Shown here: piece after piece, positions 6,488 through 10,064 of the stretch
Layout: each line of letters begins with the position of its first letter
How positions within the stretch are numbered: position 1 is the stretch's first letter
The notes under the pieces: generated by a model
Databases searched by the model: none
Seen by the model: the letters and a program-made list of their open reading frames with translations, nothing else
What the model was told of the DNA's origin: nothing
Position numbers and translations under genes: made by a program
NCBI RefSeq assembly: GCF_035285525.1
Contig: NZ_JAYKGW010000004.1
Coordinates: 1 to 10,064, forward strand
Direction: 5' to 3'
Source: Okeania sp.
GTDB taxonomy: Bacteria > Cyanobacteriota > Cyanobacteriia > Cyanobacteriales > Microcoleaceae
DNA: 10,064 nt

Positions 6488-7603
6488 TTAAGCTTGTTTA
6501 TGTTTCCAGACTTTCCAACTTATATAAGCCAGTAAACCTGTAGCACTAAAAGCATAAATTGTACCACTAGGAACACCGGAAAAAGCCATTGCTAAACTTC
6601 CTACCCAAAGCGTTAATGAATAAATGAAAAAAACTGTCAATCTTTGAGATAAACCAGCATCTAATAAACGATGATGTAGATGACGTTTATCAGCAATAAA
6701 AGGAGATTTCCCATTTCGTAAACGGTCTAAAATTACTGCAGACATATCTAAAATTGGAACTGCTAAAATTAGATATGGTAAAAGAACAGAAGTAACCGCT
6801 GTTACTTTTACCAAACCTATTACTCCTACTCCTGCTAAAGTAAATCCTATATAGTAAGAGCCTCCATCCCCCATAAATATTTGAGCTGGATTAAAGTTAT
6901 AACGGAGAAAACCTAATGTTGCACCTGCTAAAGCTGCTGCTATTAAAGCTGCTGCTGGTTGATCCATAAATATACTCACAATTAACATCACAAAAGCTGC
7001 AATACCTGAAACACCAGCAGCTAAACCATCTACACCATCAATCCAATTAATAGCATTTGCCATACCTACCAACCAAATTACAGTTACAGGCAAACTTAAT
7101 ATATTAATATGTACTAATCCATAAAAAGGGATAGTCAAAAACTCAATTTGTACTCCAACTATCCAAGCTGTACTAGCAGCAATTATTTGCATAAACAATC
7201 TCAGTAGTGGTGATAAATTAAATAAGTCGTCTGCTAAACCTATCATAAAAAAAGCTAAACCACCGATTGTTACTCCCCAGATTTCAAACTCTTTTTCTGG
7301 AGGTAAAATATTACCACTAGCATCTATAAATCCTCCTAACCACCAAACAATTAAAAGAGCAATTAGGCTACCAAAAAAAATAGAAACTCCTCCCAAACGA
7401 ACAATTGGTTTTTGATGAATTTTACGACCGCCGGGATTATCGACTAGCCCCATTTTGAGACCAACTTTTTTGATTATTGGTGTCATTAAAAGTACCACTA
7501 AAGTCGAAATAACTAAAGTAATTAAATGGTACATATAATGAGGCACTTGAACTAATGGAGGATTAAGATTTAATAAGAAATAGTTAAGTTGGTATAGCAT
7601 CAT
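6488..7603 (-). CDS. Glycosyltransferase family 4 polyprenyl-phosphate sugar-1-phosphate transferase (WecA/Rfe/MraY family)
   Basis: 371 aa polytopic membrane protein. Motifs: GLVDNPGGRKIHQKPIVRLGG, ADDLFNLSP, ANAINWIDGVDGLAAG, and DKRHLHHRLLDAGLS. The true start could be the internal ATG giving MYHLITLV (about 7534). Confidence 0.85.
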   Translation of the reverse strand: MMLYQLNYFLLNLNPPLVQVPHYMYHLITLVISTLVVLLMTPIIKKVGLKMGLVDNPGGRKIHQKPIVRLGGVSIFFGSLIALLIVWWLGGFIDASGNILPPEKEFEIWGVTIGGLAFFMIGLADDLFNLSPLLRLFMQIIAASTAWIVGVQIEFLTIPFYGLVHINILSLPVTVIWLVGMANAINWIDGVDGLAAGVSGIAAFVMLIVSIFMDQPAAALIAAALAGATLGFLRYNFNPAQIFMGDGGSYYIGFTLAGVGVIGLVKVTAVTSVLLPYLILAVPILDMSAVILDRLRNGKSPFIADKRHLHHRLLDAGLSQRLTVFFIYSLTLWVGSLAMAFSGVPSGTIYAFSATGLLAYISWKVWKHKQA

Positions 7604-7610
7604 TAAATTC

Positions 7611-7673
7611 AGTTATCAGTTATTAGGTAAGCATTCAGCCGTCAGCTATTAGCTATCAGCTATTATCTATTAA
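7611..7673. repeat. Heptamer array (agttatc agttatt aggtaag cattcag ccgtcag ctattag ctatcag ctattat ctattaa)
   Basis: 7-nt periodicity read directly. It contains taagcattcagc, which recurs inverted at 7998-8010. Confidence 0.75.
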
Positions 7674-7755
7674 TTTTGAAGAAGGTAAAAGCCATCCTTG
7701 AAATTGAGAAAGAATAAAAAGTTACTGTATAAGTTTCCTTCCCGAAGCTCAGAAG

Positions 7756-7961
7756 TAATTAGAATTTGCTGATTAAATCTAAAAGCATTGACAGATAAAA
7801 ATTAAAGGCTTTTTTAGGTAACACAAAGTGACAATAAATTACTAAATTAATCTTTAAAACTCTAGATTTTTCCTCACCAAAGTGGAAAAAATTTAGAAAA
7901 ATTAACACCTGTAACTATTGCCTAAGCTGACCAACAAACTTTTGAGCGCAAACCCTAATTA
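7756..7961 (+). mobile_element. MITE-like element with terminal inverted repeats, copy D (same subtype as copy A)
   Basis: Begins with taattagaatttgctgattaaatctaaaagcattgacagataaaa and ends with gagcgcaaaccctaatta. It is shorter than the other copies and shares TTGACAGATAAAA and the GCGCAAACCCTA end with copy A. Confidence 0.5.
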
Positions 7962-7968
7962 TTAATTA

Positions 7969-8036
7969 CTAATTGCTGATAGATGATTGCTCATAACTGA
8001 ATGCTTATTTTTTTTAGTTATCAGTTATCAGTATCT
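7969..8036. repeat. Heptamer arrays (ctaattg ctgatag atgattg ctcataa ctgaatg cttattt, then agttatc agttatc agtatct)
   Basis: 7-nt periodicity read directly. The first block is the inverted counterpart of 7626-7673. Confidence 0.75.
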
Positions 8037-8122
8037 CTTAACTTAAATATAAGATAAGATAAAGCTCTTTATCTTAAATTTCCTTTTTGTAATATTGGTA
8101 TGGCTTCAAAAAAGTAACCAAT

Positions 8123-8151
8123 AAAACGGCGGTCATTGTGACTACCGTTTT
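8123..8151 (-). terminator. Possible intrinsic terminator hairpin downstream of glyA
   Basis: aaaacggcgGTCAttgTGACtaccgtttt forms an interrupted stem (AAAACGG/CCGTTTT plus GTCA/TGAC) about 55 nt after the glyA stop. On the minus strand the longer T run (tttttt) lies 9 nt beyond the stem, so the geometry is not ideal. Confidence 0.35.
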
Positions 8152-8206
8152 ATCATCATTTATATCACTTTGTTCCTATCTATCCCTATCAAGTTATTAA
8201 ACAAAA

Positions 8207-9484
8207 TTAGACTAAACTAGGGACTTTAGCCATCAAATGAGGGTAAAGAGGAAAACCATCGCATAATGATGCTACCCTGTCTCGACACTTTTGAGCTACC
8301 CCTTTATCTTCTGAATTGAGTAATCTTTCCGCAATAATATCGCCTATTTCTGTAAATTCAACAGTTTTCAGTCCTCGAGTTGTCATTGCCGGAGAGCCTA
8401 GTCGGAGGCCACTGGTAACAAAAGGAGATTCTGGGTCAAAAGGTACAGTATTCTTATTAGCAGTAACGTTAATTCCACTCATTAACTTATCTGCTTTTTT
8501 ACCAGTCATACTTACCGATCTTAAATCCACTAGCATAACATGATTTTGCGTACCACCAGAAACTATTTTTAATCCCCGTTTTTGCAGTTGAGTTGCTAAG
8601 GCAGCAGCATTTTCAATAACTTGGCCGGAATAGGTCTGAAATTCTGGTTTTAAAGCTTCTCCAAATGCAACTGCTTTAGCTGCAATAACGTGTTCTAAAG
8701 GACCACCTTGAGTTCCGGGAAATACTGATTTATCCAATTTTTTCCCTAATTCTGGGTCGCGGGTTAAAATCAAACCGCCTCGTGGACCTCTTAAAGTTTT
8801 GTGGGTAGTAGTTGTCACCACATCACAGTGGGGAACTGGGTTAGGATGATGACCTGTTGCTACTAAACCAGCGATATGAGCAATATCCGCTAATAAGTAA
8901 GCTCCGACTTCATCAGCGATCGCCCGGAATTTTTCAAAGTCAATTATTTGAGAATAGGCAGAATAACCACAAATTAACAGTTTGGGTTTATGTTCTTTTG
9001 CCTGTTCTAGAACTTGGTCATAATCTATCGCTTCTGTTTCCTGACTTACACCATAATGATGAACTTTGAACCATTTACCAGAAATGTTAACTGGGGAACC
9101 GTGGGTCAAATGTCCACCGTGAGATAAGTCCATTCCCATAATGGTATCCCCTGGTTGTAGTAAGGTGAGGAATACGGCAAGGTTGGCCTGCGCTCCAGCA
9201 TGAGGTTGTACATTAGCATGGGCAGCTCCAAATAATTGTTTGGCGCGGTCTATGGCTATTTGTTCGATTTCGTCGATAAATTCACAGCCACCGTAGTAAC
9301 GTTTACCTGGGAGACCTTCGGCGTATTTATTGGTGAGTACGGAACCTTGGGCAGCCATTACTGCGGGTGAGGTAAAATTTTCACTGGCGATTAGTTCGAG
9401 ATGGTCTTGTTGCCGTCCGTATTCTTTTTGGATTAGTTCGGCTACTAGGGGGTCAGTGTCTGCTAGAAAGTTAGCGTTAATCAT
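8207..9484 (-). CDS. glyA: Serine hydroxymethyltransferase
   Basis: 425 aa. Motifs: [39 protein letters not shown], the PLP-lysine motif [14 protein letters not shown], and the C-terminal [14 protein letters not shown]. Confidence 0.97.
   Translation of the reverse strand: MINANFLADTDPLVAELIQKEYGRQQDHLELIASENFTSPAVMAAQGSVLTNKYAEGLPGKRYYGGCEFIDEIEQIAIDRAKQLFGAAHANVQPHAGAQANLAVFLTLLQPGDTIMGMDLSHGGHLTHGSPVNISGKWFKVHHYGVSQETEAIDYDQVLEQAKEHKPKLLICGYSAYSQIIDFEKFRAIADEVGAYLLADIAHIAGLVATGHHPNPVPHCDVVTTTTHKTLRGPRGGLILTRDPELGKKLDKSVFPGTQGGPLEHVIAAKAVAFGEALKPEFQTYSGQVIENAAALATQLQKRGLKIVSGGTQNHVMLVDLRSVSMTGKKADKLMSGINVTANKNTVPFDPESPFVTSGLRLGSPAMTTRGLKTVEFTEIGDIIAERLLNSEDKGVAQKCRDRVASLCDGFPLYPHLMAKVPSLV
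8916..8923. repeat. HIP1 octamer GCGATCGC (inside glyA)
   Basis: Exact octamer match. Confidence 0.6.
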
Positions 9485-9727
9485 GTTTATTCTTTTTTGA
9501 GGTTACATTACTACATTATTAATGTATATGCCCAAATTAGCTAGATGTGGTATTGGTTTATTATTCAAAATCGAAGATTATTTTGATTAATTTTTCATCC
9601 CTAATTTCTTTTTCTATTATTTTTTTATTAGTAGTCTTATAGATGTATTGATTTAGATTAAAAGTAGGAAACAGCGAAAATAAGTTTGCTTAAATTCGAT
9701 TATTTTAAAGAAATTAAGTTTCTTTTT

Positions 9728-10004
9728 TGTTGGATTTCGTTGCCTCAACCCAACCTACAGTTTAAGTTAATTTAAGTTGATTTAAGTTACTAATAACTTT
9801 TGGTATTTGCTCAACTTCTAGTTCTCAAATTTCGGCAATTTTTTGAACAGAAAAGCCTTTTTTTTACAAGTATGTTGGGTTTCGTTGCCTCAACCCAACC
9901 TATAATTTAAGTTAATTTAAGTTACCAATAACTTTTGGTATTTGCTCAACTTCTAGTTCTCAAATTTCGGCAATTTTTTGAACAGAGAAGCCTTTTTTTA
10001 ACAA
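9728..10004. repeat. Tandem direct duplication, two units of about 142 and 132 bp at a 145 bp offset
   Basis: Unit 1 (9728-9869) and unit 2 (9873-10004) are near-identical. Both contain the hairpin GTTGG(A/G)TTtcgttgcctcAACCCAAC, tttaagtt(a/g)a decamer repeats (3 versus 2 copies), and ...ctcaacttctagttctcaaatttcggcaattttttgaacaga(a/g)aagcc. Confidence 0.85.
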
Positions 10005-10064
10005 CTTAGGAATCACTTCTAATTTTGCCTCTAGTTTTGCCTCTGATTTGGTTTCTATTTTGAT
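9960..10064 (-). CDS. 3' end of a gene running off the window; C-terminal tail resembles cyanobacterial DUF4351/Rpn-type (PD-(D/E)xK transposase-like) proteins and is truncated by an in-frame TGA
   Basis: Minus-strand translation from 10064: IKIETKSEAKLEAKLEVIPKLLKKGFSVQKIAEI*. It continues in frame as ELEVEQIPKVIGNLN*. The pattern (..LE.KLE..p.LL..G.s.eqIAe.L.L.ve.v) is common in that family from memory. Only 34 codons are visible. Confidence 0.35.
   Translation of the reverse strand: MKIETKSEAKLEAKLEVIPKLLKKGFSVQKIAEI

Noticed and set aside
256-8036. Possibility that the many short repeats form a CRISPR array
   Set aside because: The repeats are contiguous 7-8 nt tandem units with no unique spacers of 25-40 nt. 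No 25-40 nt direct repeat recurs at regular spacing, and no cas gene is present.
8316-8543. 75 aa plus-strand ORF
   Set aside because: It is antisense within glyA, whose identity is unambiguous, so this is a shadow ORF.
8857-9069. 70 aa plus-strand ORF
   Set aside because: It is antisense within glyA, so this is a shadow ORF.
9707-9727. Hairpin AAAGAAAttaagTTTCTTT followed by a T-run; considered as a terminator
   Set aside because: The stem is A/T only and very weak. No plus-strand gene ends upstream of it, and on the minus strand it lies between the tandem repeat and the glyA promoter region, with no defined transcript to terminate.

Overview
AT-rich window that looks cyanobacterial, probably from a filamentous Nostocales-type genome. 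This is inferred from two HIP1 octamers (GCGATCGC), many heptamer tandem arrays of the STRR kind, and the gene content. Four intact minus-strand core genes form the backbone: a DUF360/holin-family-4 membrane protein, ychF, a WecA/MraY-family GT4 phosphotransferase, and glyA. Between ychF and the GT4 gene lies a roughly 4.3 kb plus-strand accessory island (about 2219-6487). It encodes (i) an HTH protein with an uncharacterised C-terminal domain. It encodes (ii) a fusion of a PD-(D/E)xK nuclease-like domain (type I restriction HsdR N-terminal type) to a ParA/MinD-type deviant Walker A ATPase, interrupted by one in-frame TAG. It encodes (iii) a translationally coupled protein with a ParB-like N-terminal domain that lacks the conserved arginine motif, followed by a ComEA-like helix-hairpin-helix domain. 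It encodes (iv) a second copy of that helix-hairpin-helix domain, in the same frame behind a single TAA. I do not recognise this gene combination as a described partition or defence system, so it is the main candidate for something new. The in-frame stops mean it may be decaying in this genome. The island is bracketed by copies of a 205-260 bp element family with terminal inverted repeats (MITE-like). Four same-orientation copies occur in the window, two of them abutting head to tail. Heptamer arrays occur in inverted pairs around intergenic segments. The 3' end of the window holds a tandem ~145 bp duplication that copies the tail of a truncated gene, including its in-frame TGA and a conserved hairpin. 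All homology calls come from reading motifs by eye; no searches were run.
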